Source of the DNA: Octopus vulgaris
Lineage: Eukaryota
DNA length: 64,000 nucleotides
Reading direction: 5' to 3'
Assembly: GCA_951406725.2 (NCBI GenBank)
Contig: OX597839.1
Coordinates: 32,798,001-32,862,000, forward strand
Shown: positions 1 through 13,417 of the stretch, piece by piece
How positions within the stretch are numbered: position 1 is the stretch's first letter
How the letters are laid out: every line of letters starts with the position of its first letter
Notes under the pieces: model-generated
The model's database searches: none
Told to the model about the DNA's origin: nothing
The model's input: only the letters and a program-made list of their open reading frames with translations
Made by a program: the position numbers and the translations under genes

Positions 1-19
1 AAATTAAGAAAAAATGACT

Positions 20-400
20 GTGCCCCAGCATGGCCGCAGCTCGTGAGCTGAAACTAGACAAAATTATAAAAAATAAATAAAAACAAAAACCAACCCCCCA
101 CCCCCCAAAAAAGCAACAAAAAACAACAAAACAGAAGCAAATACAAATAATTTTTAAAAATATAAATAAAAATAAAAAAAAAAAATTGCGGTGCCCCAGC
201 ATGGCCACAGCTCGTGAGCTGAAACTAGACAAAATTTTTTAAAATAAATAAATAAAAACCAAACCCCCCCCCAAAAAAAAGCAACAAAAAAACAACAAAA
301 CAGAAGCAAATACAAATAATTAAAAAAAAATATAAATAAAAATTTATTTAAAAAAATTTCGGTGCCCCAGCATGGCCACAGCTCGTGACAAAATTTTTTA
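20..400 (+). repeat. Three tandem ~171-bp units each carrying a SINE 3'-end motif
   Basis: GTGCCCCAGCATGGCC(G/A)CAGCTCGTGA recurs at ~20, ~191 and ~362 with similar A-rich spacers; it resembles the 3' end of the dominant SINE. Confidence 0.7.
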
Positions 401-1229
401 AAATTAAATACCCCCCCCCCCCAAAAAAAAAGCAACAAAAACAACAAGAAAAAGAAGAAGCAAAAACAAATATATATAAAAAAAAAAAAAAAAGACTGCG
501 AGTCTCTTCAGTTGAGGGAAGCAGCCGCACTGCGCAGCCGCTCTTCGTAGTTTCACAACGCACAAGAGTTCCGCTTTCGGAAGAGAAGGAGGAGGAGGAG
601 GAGGAGGAGGAGGAAAACGACAAATATAAAATAAAAAAAAAAACAAAAACCAACAAATATATATAAAAACAAGCACAAAAAAAAATAACACCACCAAAAA
701 TTAACGAAAAACCACCCAAAAAAAAAAAAAAAAAAAAATTCTCAATGGCAGGGAAAGGTGCGAGTTTTTGACGAAGACGACGTTTGGCGGTGGTGGCCGT
801 GGTGGATTCTTCCTTTTTATAATTATTTTCTGTTTTGCCCCCCCTTCTTCTTCTTCTTCTTTTTTTTTTTATTTACACCTGATTCACTCCGGTTCGCCCT
901 TGTTTGATGATAATAAGACGACGACGACGAGCGAAAGAGCAAGAAGAACCTTCCTTCCTGCCTTCTTCCGTCTTCCTTCTTGAGAGGAGCAGAGCACCGT
1001 CGTGGACCATTCTTCTGCTACCCACCCGGAACAATCGAGAAGACGGGCGGCCTTGCTATGAGCTGCAACAATTACTATTGGTACAGTCGAATTACTTGAG
1101 ACTGCTATTCCCTGGATATATACACACATATACACACATATACACATACATATACACACATATATACACACACAGACACATATATATATATACATATATA
1201 CAGACACATATATATATATATACAAACAG

Positions 1230-1272
<43 letters not shown>

Positions 1273-3090
1273 AGTGTATGTGTGTTTCATATACAATTCG
1301 TGCTGATCTGATGTACATATATACACATACACACACATATATATATATACACACATAAATATATATACACACACATATACACACACATATATATATATAC
1401 ACACATATATATATATATATATACACATATATATATATGTTGCTGAGTGTATGTATGTTGCATATACAATTCGTGCTGATCTGATGTACATATAAATACA
1501 CACACATATATATATACACACATATATATACACACATATATATATACAGACATATATACACACACACACATATATATATACACACACACACATATATATA
1601 TATATACACACACACACATATATATATACACACATATATATATATATGCTGTTGAGTGTATGTATGTTGCATATACAATTCGTGATTATCTGATGTACAT
1701 ATATATGTGTTGTTGAGTGTATGTATGGTGTATATACAGTTCGTGCTTATCTGATGTACATGTATACACACACATACATATATGTTATATAAATACATAT
1801 ATATACACACACACACATTATATATATATATATATGTATGTCTGATGTGATCGTATATATATATATTCTTTCCTGCATGTTGTGTATACAGGCTCCCGCT
1901 TTTGTACTAATCAGAAAAGGAGGGGTACGTTGTCTTTAATTATTACCATTTTTATCATTATTATTACTATTATTATCATTATTACTATTATTATTATTAA
2001 TATTATTATTATATCGTCTAGAAAAAGAAAAGAAATTGCCAAAAACACACAAAGAATATTCACTGGGGGCAGGTGAAGTTCATATGATTCTCTGATTATA
2101 TATATACACACATATATATCTATACATATATATATCTATAGATATATATATACATATATATATATATCTATATATATATAGTGTGTGTGTGTCTGGGAGT
2201 GTGTCCGTCGTTCCCATACATATATATATATATATACATATATATATATGTATATATATATATAATAGACAATTTAATAAGAAGGGAAAATGGCATTTTC
2301 GCCCCAAGGCGGTCGTCCCCGACCGCGATCAAACCCAGCCGTCGTCTCTACCTCACCTGCCGCTCTGACTGTCCGTGCATTAACTCTAGACATTTATCCC
2401 TATTTTTCTCATATTCATAATTATAAGACATTAATTACGATGCATCTGGGCTAACATCATTTTATTATCTGTAGGTCTGTCTGTTTTTTTTTATGTGTAT
2501 ATATATATGATATATATATATACATAGTTATATATATGTGTGTGTATATGTATCTATGTATGTGAATCTATAAATGTTTTTCTACCTTGAAAAGGGGTCT
2601 GTGCTCGCGCGACTCCGGCCCCTCCTTCACCCGCAACCCATTCAGAAACCTCTCTCTCACCTTTCCTTCTTCTACACCTTCGCAAAACAACCGAAACACC
2701 AGGATTGAACTTCATGCATGCTTACACAAAATGTGATGCGAAATTGTACAAAAAATCTACCGTAGTCGGCCAACACAAGAAGAAGAAGAAGAAAAAGAAG
2801 AGGAGGAGGAGGAAAAAAAAAGACAGAAAGAACAAAACATAACACGACATAAGCCCTTTCCCTCCCCCGCCCCGCCCCCCCGAAACCCAAACCCCCTAAA
2901 GTAAAAACCTTGACCAGAAAAAAAAAAACGCCAAACCAAACCAAACACACAACACACACACAGGGTCACACAAACACGCAAACTCCGACGGACCCGCAAT
3001 TTTTTGTAAAGCTGGGGGGTAGACACCAACAGAAGCAGCAGCAACAACAACAACAACAAACAATAAACATTTATTATTCACTACAAAAAC

Positions 3091-4800
3091 ATGGCCATGA
3101 TGGACGACTATGTTTTTTTGATCTCGCATATCCGGAACTCTTTTATCACCAGCGACAATACCGGAATGTACGAGATGATTATCGAAGGCGAAGAACAGGA
3201 GAAGGCGCAAGAAAAACGCCCCTTGTGGTGGAATGCCGAGGGCGACAGCGGCGGCGGCGGTGGTGGTGGTGGCGGTGAAAGCAGCGGCGGGGGTCGCGGG
3301 ACCCCTTCGTCGTCGTCGACGACGACCACGACAACGACGTCGACGACGACGCCGACAGCAGCGACAGCAGCAACAACAACAACAACAACAGCGCGATACA
3401 TCCATTCGAACCACGATGGCGGTGTTGACGGTTGTCTGTTTGATCTAGACGACGGCGGCGATTTGTGTCGTTCGTATGACATAATGCCAGATATGGATTA
3501 CGGAGCTCATCGACGCAGATCGAACACTGCCCAACGATTGGAAAGGATGAAGAAAGAGAAACGAAAGCAGGTGAAAGTGACGCACATATCGTGGCGGACG
3601 ACTCCGGGCCATTTCAATCCTGACGACGATCACGATGACATGTTTGAGAAAAAACCAATTCCTTTGCCGACGAAAACCAGTCTCCACAAGGCTGCATCTT
3701 CTCTGCTTGCTCAGCAATTGCAAACCTCTACAGGAATCATGTCCAACCCTTTTCTAGATTATGCTAAATACGATGGTAAAGCTCAGATTGTGGTACCCAC
3801 CAAGAAAATAGACATTTTTCTTACTATGGCCTTGCCTAAAGACCGCGGTTTTCCTATGCATGTGGTAGTTGTTGTTAACGCCAAAGTTCATGAATTAATC
3901 GGTTTGATATGTTGGCAGTACACCAACGAGGGACGAGAACCTGCTCTCAAGGATAACGCCTCCATGTACAGCCTGCATATCGCAGAAGACGATGGAGAGG
4001 TCGACATGGACTTTCCAAGTTTGGACAACCGGGAACCCGTATCGAAATTCGGCTTCAGTAAGCTTGCCTTAGTGGAACTCGAAGAACCATCACCCCCAAT
4101 GAAGAATTCCGTTATCATTACAGTGAACGTACCGAATCGGGGCTTCCACAAGTTCCAGGAGGAGGATTTGACGAAACCTCTGCGAGACATTCTCACCAAA
4201 GTGTTGAAGAAGAGGAAAATCAAACTGTTGCCAGGAATGAACTATATTCTTGAGAAGCAGAAGGAACCGGGTGTTTCTGTCGACTTAGACACACTTCTTT
4301 CAAATCTGGACAATTTCGATTTCTGTCTCGTCCGCGAACATAGCACTCGGGGCGAGATAGAAGAAATCGACTTCCAGGACTCAAACGACATGGCGACCAC
4401 CTTCATGAGTCCTCAATACAAAAGCTACATTGTGAACCTGGTGCAGCGGCTTCGCATCAACACCGAGGTACACTTAGGGGTAAGCGGTGAAAAGGTCGAG
4501 ATCGACCCAGTAGCCAGTAAGGGCACTGCGTTGTTTTTTCGTCAGAAGGCTGTGACTTATGAGGCAGACATGATCGCTGCCTGCGACCTGCTCGAAGAGA
4601 AATCAAACGGTAAGAGTATATTCCGCTTGATCTGTTTTGCTGGTCATGACTACAGACATTACGATTTTGAGGCAGACCACGCTGTAGCAAAAGAGATAAT
4701 TCAGAAAGTGAATAACATTTTAAATCTTCTACTTAGCCAAGTCCGAAAAACATATTTGGCGTCTCGAGGGAAGAAACTTAAAAAAATGCATTCCAAATAA
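3091..4800 (+). CDS. MAPKAP1: Target of rapamycin complex 2 subunit SIN1/MAPKAP1, single coding exon, 569 aa
   Basis: N-term 'HIRNSFITSDNTGMYEM'; RRRSNTAQRLE (T86-type site); CRIM 'LIGLICWQY...LHIAEDDGEVDMDFPSLDNREPVSKFGFSKLALVE'; 'FCLVREHS'; PH domain 'RLRINTEVHLGVSGEKVEIDPV...ACDLLEEK...IIQKVNNIL'; uninterrupted ORF. Confidence 0.96.
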   Translation: MAMMDDYVFLISHIRNSFITSDNTGMYEMIIEGEEQEKAQEKRPLWWNAEGDSGGGGGGGGGESSGGGRGTPSSSSTTTTTTTSTTTPTAATAATTTTTTARYIHSNHDGGVDGCLFDLDDGGDLCRSYDIMPDMDYGAHRRRSNTAQRLERMKKEKRKQVKVTHISWRTTPGHFNPDDDHDDMFEKKPIPLPTKTSLHKAASSLLAQQLQTSTGIMSNPFLDYAKYDGKAQIVVPTKKIDIFLTMALPKDRGFPMHVVVVVNAKVHELIGLICWQYTNEGREPALKDNASMYSLHIAEDDGEVDMDFPSLDNREPVSKFGFSKLALVELEEPSPPMKNSVIITVNVPNRGFHKFQEEDLTKPLRDILTKVLKKRKIKLLPGMNYILEKQKEPGVSVDLDTLLSNLDNFDFCLVREHSTRGEIEEIDFQDSNDMATTFMSPQYKSYIVNLVQRLRINTEVHLGVSGEKVEIDPVASKGTALFFRQKAVTYEADMIAACDLLEEKSNGKSIFRLICFAGHDYRHYDFEADHAVAKEIIQKVNNILNLLLSQVRKTYLASRGKKLKKMHSK

Positions 4801-5373
4801 TAAATAATTAAAAAAAAAAGAATAATAATAATAATAATAATATATATATATAAAATCACAAAACAAAAACTTGTAAACAAAACAGAAAAGAGTAAAAAAA
4901 AAAAAAAAAAAAAAGTCCCTTCTTCCTTATCTTTGTGCAAAAACAAATGTCCCTTCCCCTGTCCCCCACCCCCAACTCCTGGTAAACAAACAAAAGTAAA
5001 AAAAAATAAGTTGAAAAAAAAAAAAACAAAAGAAAACTGCAAATCATTAAAAGACATGTATAAAGAAAGATTCTGGGAAAAAAATCTAAAACTGAAGACG
5101 GAAAAGAAGAACCTGCAACGTTTTGTAAAACGGTAAACCTTACTGGAATGGTATTTCTTACGTTATCAATACTGCGTGTATGTGTATATATACACACCAC
5201 ATCCAAATACATACATACATAACATCATACATACCTACATATATACACACACATGTACATCTATATACATGCATAGCATCATACATAGATACATACCTAC
5301 ATATATACATACACAGATATATATACATACACATACATACACATCTATGTGCATACTTTATATATACATAATG

Positions 5374-5412
<39 letters not shown>

Positions 5413-5591
5413 ACATAAACACATGTTGATATACACACACACACATATATATGTATCTTCACATATACATACATGCATATATATATATATATATACACAT
5501 ACATAAATATATTTATGTACACATACATCTACATCATATGTATTTATAAATACATAACATTATATATGTATATGTGTAAATATATGCATAG

Positions 5592-5622
<31 letters not shown>

Positions 5623-5822
5623 TCACACATGCACATATATACATCTATAAACACTCTGAACATACACTCTCAAATGACATCAATGTACATGCATAACATC
5701 ATACTTACACCCATCTACCTATACATCTATATACATCATATATACATCTATATACATCATATATATATATATATATGTATGTATATACATGTATAAATAC
5801 ACATCTATAAGCACACATTATA

Positions 5823-5862
<40 letters not shown>

Positions 5863-5997
5863 CATTTAAACACATGTGTGTTTGTATATATATATATATA
5901 CATACATACATAGATACACATCTATAAACATACATTATACTTATATATATATATATATATACATGCACACATTTAAACATGCGTATGCTTGTGTGTG

Positions 5998-6036
<39 letters not shown>

Positions 6037-8059
6037 GTGTATGGTACGCATGCACTTACATGCGTATATAAATTTGAATATTTATACACATTGTTCATAT
6101 GCATCCATACATACACACACACACACACACACAAACACACATGCATTCACAGTCACACAGTCACACACACACACATACACACCTGTACAGGTATTGTTTA
6201 ACACCTGTGTGTATTCTGAAAGCTTGTGTTAATGCAGCATCTTTTTAAACAGTTTGTTCAAAAATTGTAAATTATCTGAGTTTGAAAGAAGTTCAACAAT
6301 TTTATTTATGCTTACACTGTTATTTTATTTTTTTTGTTTGTCTGTTTGTCTTTCCCCCCTCCCCTTTTATCGTCTTGTAAATAACATGTACTTTATACAC
6401 ACACACACCCACGATGTATAATGTGTTTTTACGTATGTATGTGTTTATATTGATGAGTTTTTCGTTGGTTTATTACTGCTGTTTATCGGGTCTGTTTTTT
6501 GGGAGGGTGGGGAAAGTTTTTGGCCCCCCACTCTTGGTAAATGTTTTCTGTTTCAGGTGAATTGAGGAAAAATCCTGATTTGCGGTGGACAAGGATAGAT
6601 TGGTGAAACCAAGATGAACCTTCTTTAATGCTAACTCCAAATTCAACTAGTTGATAGATAAATATATATACACACACTCACATAGTGGTTATCTTCTTAT
6701 GCAGAGTCTGTCCACATATGTCTTTATACATACACATTTATATACTTCTATATACCTACTCCAAGTTCGAGATAAACCTTCTATAGTGGTAACTTCAAAC
6801 TCAACTAGTTGATATATATACACACACACGTTTTATAGTCTCTCTTTATATACATATACACACATATATTTCCTTAATGTATATAGATATAATTGTTTTG
6901 AAATTGTCTCCCTTTACAAGTTAGTTTTTAGTACTCTCGTATACAAGAGACTCGAAACGACTACATATTCTCATTATTGTCTTCTTCGTTATCATCTTCT
7001 TCATTTCAACATCCGTTTATCCCCCATTCATCTCCCACACTGACACCGGCTAAATGGATCTCTAGTACCACATGTCACATCTCGCAGTCCTGTGCCATCA
7101 CACCTCTCCATCCATGTGGCTCACCATCTGGAAATCCTCTCCTACCGACCTCACCATTTCCTTCTCCTATCTTCCTTGCTCCTTCAACTGTCAACACCCC
7201 TAAAGGTGCTTCTTCATGAAAACTCGACCTCCTAGAATCAGCAGCCAAATCACTCTTGAATCATTCTCTCATCTCACAGTCCTCTCTCATCTCGACCCCC
7301 CATCCTGAAATCCTCTCCTGTCAACCTCACCATTTCCTTTCCCTTATTTTTCTTGTTCCTTCAACTGTCAACACCCCTAAAGGTGCTTCTTCACATAAAC
7401 TCAACCTCCTAGAATCAGCAACCAAATCACCTTCAGGTCCCTCTCTGCTGTCATGTCTGGCTCACCTGTGATCATAATCCCAACTGGTCTCCAGCTCAAT
7501 TATTGTTATTACCATCAACAGGTGTCATCCATTTTCATCCCCTATCACTGTCCCCACAAACACCCCCACTTCATACGAGATACTCTCAACCTGCTAGAAA
7601 TTATTACCAGGTTTACCCAAACCACACTGTCCTGTCTTAGAAAAAGAAAGGACACTTTAGACCGGTGGATCTCAGCCTTTTTAATAACCAGGATAGATCC
7701 AAAACCTGGATTTTTTTTATTTTTTAGGGGTCGATATCAATAAAGATAAAACACAAGTCAATTAAAGAAAACTTTTTTGAGGCTGAATTCCAATGGTCAG
7801 CTGCCACTGGTTGCCAAACAGGGTAATATTTTCCCATGGCCAAACATCTATTACGTAATATCCATGCAAGGAGACAATAACATACACACACACATGCCTA
7901 TCTACACATCTGTATGACAGGCTTCTTTCAGTTTCCATATACCAAATCCACTCACAAGGCTATGTGTTGTTCTCCTCATCATCATCACCATCCATTTTCC
8001 ATGCTGGCATGGGTCGGATGCTTTGACAGGAGCTTGTCAGACACCAATTGTCTGTTTTA

Positions 8060-8520
8060 AGGCGGCGAGCTGTCAGACACGTTAGCATGCCGGGTGAAAT
8101 GTTTGTGGTATTTTGTCAGCCATTACGTTCTGAGTTCAAATTCCGCCGAGGTTGGCTTTGCCTTTCATCCTTTCGGGGTCAATTAAATAAGTACCAGTTA
8201 CGCACTGGGGTCGATGTAATCGACTTAATCCCTTTGTCTGTCCTTGTTTGACTTTTCTATGTTTAGCCCCTTGTGGGTAGTAAAGAAATAGGTATTATAT
8301 ATACATGACCTTATTATATAGACCTTTATATATAGGTATTTCATCTGCCGTTATATTCTGAATTCAAATTCCGCCGAGGTCGACTTTGCCTTTCATCCTT
8401 TCAGGGTCGATAAATTAAGTACCAGTTACGCACTGGGGTTGATGTAATCCACTTAATCCCTTTGTCTGTCCTTGGTTGTCCCGTCTGTATTTAGCCTCTT
8501 GTGGGTAGTAAACAAATAAG
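8060..8520 (+). mobile_element. tRNA-derived SINE family B (head plus duplicated body)
   Basis: GGCGGCGAGCTG head, B-box GAGTTCAAATTCC, conserved body GCCTTTCATCCTTTCGGGGTCGATAAATTAAGTACCAG; other copies ~24627, 27045-27543(-), 33730-34135(-), 42090, 46796. Confidence 0.8.
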
Positions 8521-8756
8521 ACACCAATTGTCTGTCTTGGCATGGTTCTTACAGCTTGATGCCCTTCCTAGCACCAACCACTGAACAGAGTTACTAGGTG
8601 CTTTTTACATAGCATCGGCACATGTACATTCTATGTGGCGCCAGCACCTGTAAGAGGTAAGCCTCTATGTAAGGATGACAGCGTTTTTACTTAGCTTTTT
8701 TTATAATATATATAATCCAAAGGTGAGAGCTGGAAAAGCTCAATACAGAAAACGCA

Positions 8757-9112
8757 CATCATCATCATTGTTCGACCGTGGTTGAAACAGTGGAATTTAC
8801 CATGCTACGCCAGACTTCACGGTCCATCATGGCATTACGGAGGTCCTGTTGCTGGATGCCTGTATCCCTGGAGATTACATCAGGGTAGTAGAGTGTGCGA
8901 CCTCTGGTATTGCGAGTAGATGGCTTCCAGAGGAGAAGAGTAGAAATTACCTCTTTTTCAGCTCTACAACAATGTCCAGCAAACTGGACTCTCCTACCTT
9001 TCACAAGAGATGACACAGGGGTAGTTGCCCATATATTTGCATTTTGGTTGGATGACACTTCCACGAGAGATTTTGAGCTCTCATAAGGAGGCGAGTGTAG
9101 GTTCCATCCAAC
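8757..9112 (-). mobile_element. RTE-clade LINE 3' fragment (5'-truncated)
   Basis: Translation 'VKGRRVQFAGHCCRAEKEVISTLLLWKP...YPDVISRDTG...AMMDREVWRS' is typical of the RTE ORF C-terminus; ends in a (GAT)n tail. Confidence 0.85.
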
Positions 9113-10371
9113 CACACATAGTAGAGCACAAATAATTTGAACTTAAACTTTTAAATCTCTATGGAGGACTTGGTCCATGGGGTAAGAGTGGATATGTGTA
9201 CCTATACCTGTATCATCACCATCACCATCATCTGTTTAATGTCCGCTTTCCATGCTGGCATGGGTTGGATGTTTTGACTGAGGACTGGCGAGCCAGAAGG
9301 TTACACCAAGTTCCAATCTGATCTGGCAAGTTTTCCACAGCTGGATACACTTCCTAACGCCAACCACTCTGAGAGTGTAGTGGGTGCTTTTTACATGCCA
9401 CTGGCACGGGAGCCGGTCAGGCAGCATTGGCATCGCCCACATTCAGATGGTGCTTTTTATGTGCCACCAGCACAGAGGCCAGTTAGGAGGCACTGGCATG
9501 TGTATGTGTGTGAGGTTTCTTTTACCTTCTGTCCATCAAATCTGCTAACAAGACCTCTTTATTAACCCTGGCTTGTAGCAGTTGGCAGTTGCCCAAGGTA
9601 GCATGCAGTGGGATTGAACCCAGAACGTGTAGTTAAGAAACAAACTTCATACCACACATCCATGCCTGCACTTCTTGGCTACACTTGGGCTTATATATAT
9701 ATGATGAGATTCCTCACAGTTTCTGTCTAACAAATCCACTCCCAAGGCATTGCTTGACCTAGGGCTAAATTTGAAGACACTTGCCCAAGGTGCCACTAAG
9801 GGATTTCAAGGCAAGCTTCTAACCCACATGGCATGGGATGATCAATATTGGAACGTCTTTGTTTGTAGGTCTGCTCAATCAGGGCCCATCTTACAGACAC
9901 CCATACAGTCCCTTTGTACGAAGAACGAAGAAGACCTTTCTCTTTTCCACTGGAGACAACAGCTCCTTAAACTTCTTCCAGTCCTTTATTTTATTGATTT
10001 TTACTTACCATGGGGTCAGGTAGATGTATGAGTGTTTTAACATGAGCCCTGGTCTTCTGCTTATTTTCTTGGTTTTACCCTAGGATTCACCCACCCACCT
10101 GCTAACTCTCTGTGACTTTGAGCCAAAGGAGTGCTTTCTACTTAAAAAGGACTGGTAAAGGTACCTCATAGAAAAGCCGTTGGTGTTAAGAAGGGCATCC
10201 ATCCAGCTGTAGAAACTATGCCAAAGCCTGGTGTGGCACCTGGCCTTGCTAGTTCTTGTCAAGTTGTCCAACCCATGGAAAATGGACGTTGAATGTTGAT
10301 GATGATGGAGTTTTTGCATGATTCCTTGACCAGCTAGAATTAGCAACCAGTTCTCTCTTAATTCTTTTATC

Positions 10372-10779
10372 TTTTACTCTTTTACTTGTTTCAGTCATTT
10401 GACTGCGGCCATGCTGGAGCACCGCCTTTAATCAAGCAACTCGACCCCGGGACTTATTCTTTTGTAAGCCCAGTACTTATTCTATCGGTCTCTTTTGCCG
10501 AACCGCTAAGTGACGGCGACGTAAACACACCAGCATCGGTTGTCAAGCAATGCTAGGGGGACAAACACAGACACACAAACACACGCACGCATATATATAT
10601 ATATACACATATATACGACGGGCTTCTTTCAGTTTCCATCTACCTAATCCACTCACAAGGCTTTGGTCGGCTCGAGGCTATAGTAGAAGACACTTGCCCA
10701 AGATGCCACGCAGTGGGACTGAACCCAGAACCATGCGGTTGGTAAGCAAGCTACTTACCACACAGCCACTCCTGCGCCT
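10372..10779 (-). mobile_element. tRNA-derived SINE family A (dominant, ~400 bp)
   Basis: Head GGAGTGGCTGTGTGGTAAG (A box), GGTTCAGTCCC (B box), CTTGGGCAAGTG core, internal (TA/TG)n, 3' GGCCGCAGTCAAATGACTGAAACAAGTAAAA; more than 14 near-complete copies in the window. Confidence 0.88.
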
Positions 10780-11379
10780 CTGCATACTTTCTCTTTTGAT
10801 CCTATATTTGTCAATTTTACCTGTGGATCCAACACCCTGCTAACATCTTAGGGACTTTCATGTAGTTACTTGACCAGCTAGCAACAAAATGTCCCTTAAT
10901 TCTGCCTACTTGTTTCTGCTCATTATGTATTGTCAGTTTTAAGGTAACGAGCCGGCAGAATCGTTAGCATGCCAGGCGAAGAAGCTTAGCTCGTTTTGCC
11001 TATCTTTATGTTCTGAGTTCAAATTCTGCGGAGGTCGACTTTGCTTTTCATCATTTTAGCAGGGTTAATAAAATAAGTACCAGTTGAGCACTGGGGTCAA
11101 TGTAATTGACTGGCCATACCATCTCCTAAACTGCTGGCCTTGTGCCAAAATTTGAAATCATTATATATTGTCTGTTTTACCAACAGATCCAATGACCTTG
11201 CAAACACTGCCTCTGCGTGAACGAAGGAGGCTTTTATATAATTACTTGATCAGCTAGAATTAGCAGCCAGACCTTTTTTTTTTAATTCTGTGTACTTTCT
11301 CTCTTGACCCTATATATTTGTCAGTTTTACCCGAGGATCCAAACATTGTGGCTTTGAACCATCAAAGGAACCTCTAGAT

Positions 11380-11840
11380 CAGGTATGGGCAACCCCTTCT
11401 CAAGAAGTGGGCCACATGAGACATACCTCTTCAACAGGTGGGCCACATGAGATGTAGCTCTTCAACAGGTGGGCCACATGAGATGTAGCTCTTCAACAGG
11501 TGGGCCACATGAGACGTAGCTCTTCAACAGGTGGGCCACATGAGACATAGCTCTTCAACAGGTGGGCCACATGAGACGTAGCTCTTCAACAGGTGGGCCA
11601 CATGAGACGTAGCTCTTCAACAGGTGGGTCACATGAGACGTAGCTCTTCAACAGGTGGGCCACATGAGATGACTCTCCAATAGTTGGGTCACATGAGACA
11701 TAGCTCTTCAACAGGTGGGCCACATGAGATGTAGCTCTTCAACAGGTGGACCACCCGGCTAAAAAAACTTCAAGGTAAATTTTCATTAGGTTGGCCACTC
11801 TGAAAGCCCCATGAGCTGCAGTTCACCTGTTGTTGCTCCA
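11380..11840. repeat. 31-bp minisatellite (~11 copies, 11407-11752) inside a probable hAT-type MITE
   Basis: Unit GTGGGCCACATGAGA(C/T)GTAGCTCTTCAACAG; left end CAGGTATGGGCAAC resembles a hAT TIR; right end is degenerate. Confidence 0.75.
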
Positions 11841-13386
11841 TATAATTATTTGACCTGCTAGAATTAGCAGCCAAAGATCTCCAAATGCCGTTCCATCATC
11901 TTCATAGATGGCTATTTAGAACAATGTAGTTCTTGATGTGATTAAGTATTTATCTCACAACGATAAGGCTGTGAGTTCAATACCCCATGGTACCTTCTGT
12001 CCTTGAGCAAGGTACTTTATTTCCCATTGCTCTGTTCAGCTAGCATAAATGAGTCATACCTTAATTCAAAGGGCTAGCCTTGTCACTGAATCTCCCCGAG
12101 AACTATGTTAAGGGTATATGTATCTGTGGAGCACTCGGTCACATGCATGCTTAATTTTACAAGCAGGCTGTTCTGTTGATCAGACCAGCTTGAACACTCT
12201 TTGTTGTGACTGAGATAGTGTCAGTTCCAAGTACTTCATGTACAATATCAGACATTAAAACTGTAGTGAGGGTCACAGATGGAGTGCTTTCCAACATAGG
12301 TCTGACCCGTTGAGTTTGCTTGGATTAACCTTTCAGGATTCAGCCAAACTTTCCTCAAATCCCAGACACTTTCAACAAGAACATATTAGACCAGGGGTTC
12401 TTAACCGGGGTCCACATAAGATTTTGTTGTTTAAATTTATGTGCAATGAATTGTTTAAAGAGGGCCCATGGCTCAGTGGTTAGAGCATCAGGCTCACAAT
12501 CATCAGGTAGTGAGTTCAATTCCTAGACCGGGCTGTATGTTGTGTTCTTGAGCAAGACACTTTATTTCATGTTGCTCCAGTTCACTCACCTGTAGAAATG
12601 AGTTGTGATGTCACAGGTGCCAAGCTGTGTCGGCCCCTTTGCCTTTCCCTTGGATAACATCAGTGGCGTAAAGGGAGGAGGCTGGCATGCATGGGTGACT
12701 GCTGCTCTTCCATAAACAACCTTGCCCGGACTTGTGCCAGGAGGGGAACTTTCTAGGGGCAATCCCATGGTCATTCTTGACCAAAGGGGCTCCTTTCAAA
12801 TTGTTTACACTTCTTAACTTCACAAAATACCTTTTTTTATTTTTTCATGCCATTCATAATAATATAATTATAGGGTTTTTTAAACATTGAATGGCCATTA
12901 AGGCCCAGAAGAGTAAAATAGGAACCAAAACGGGTCCACAGGTAAAAATGGGTTTGTGTAACACTGCTTTAATCAGTAGGTCATTCTTTCTCCAAAACCC
13001 TACATTCACACTTGTTGTTTCACCTGTAACCTGACCTTTAACGACTACAACACCTGTATGACTAGTTGTGGGTTGAGACACATCTGTGTTTACCTGCATT
13101 TTGTCTTGATAATCTATGTGTGATAGATTATTTGTTGATTAGTTTCAGGTGAGTCGTGATCACATAGTTCAATCATGACCCCTTTTCTGTTTTTTTTTGC
13201 TTTAGATATAGACACAGGTGTGGCTGTGTGGTTAAGAAGCATGGTTCTTAAGTTTGTGGTCTTGAGTTCAGTCCCACTGTGGAGAAACTCGGACGAGTGT
13301 CTTTTACTGTAGCCCTGATTGAAACAAAGGTTTGTAGTTGGATTTGGTTGGCAGAAACTGAAGGAAGCCCATTCTGTCTATGTATG

Positions 13387-13417
<31 letters not shown>

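Noticed and set aside
7130-7430. ~178-bp direct duplication with short ORFs
   Set aside because: Degenerate and probably an old repeat relic; no recognisable protein motif
11407-11752. CRISPR-like regular 31-bp repeats
   Set aside because: Head-to-tail units without unique spacers, no cas genes, eukaryotic context
12990-13170. Possible H/ACA snoRNA (two hairpins, terminal ACA)
   Set aside because: No valid ANANNA H box and weak stems
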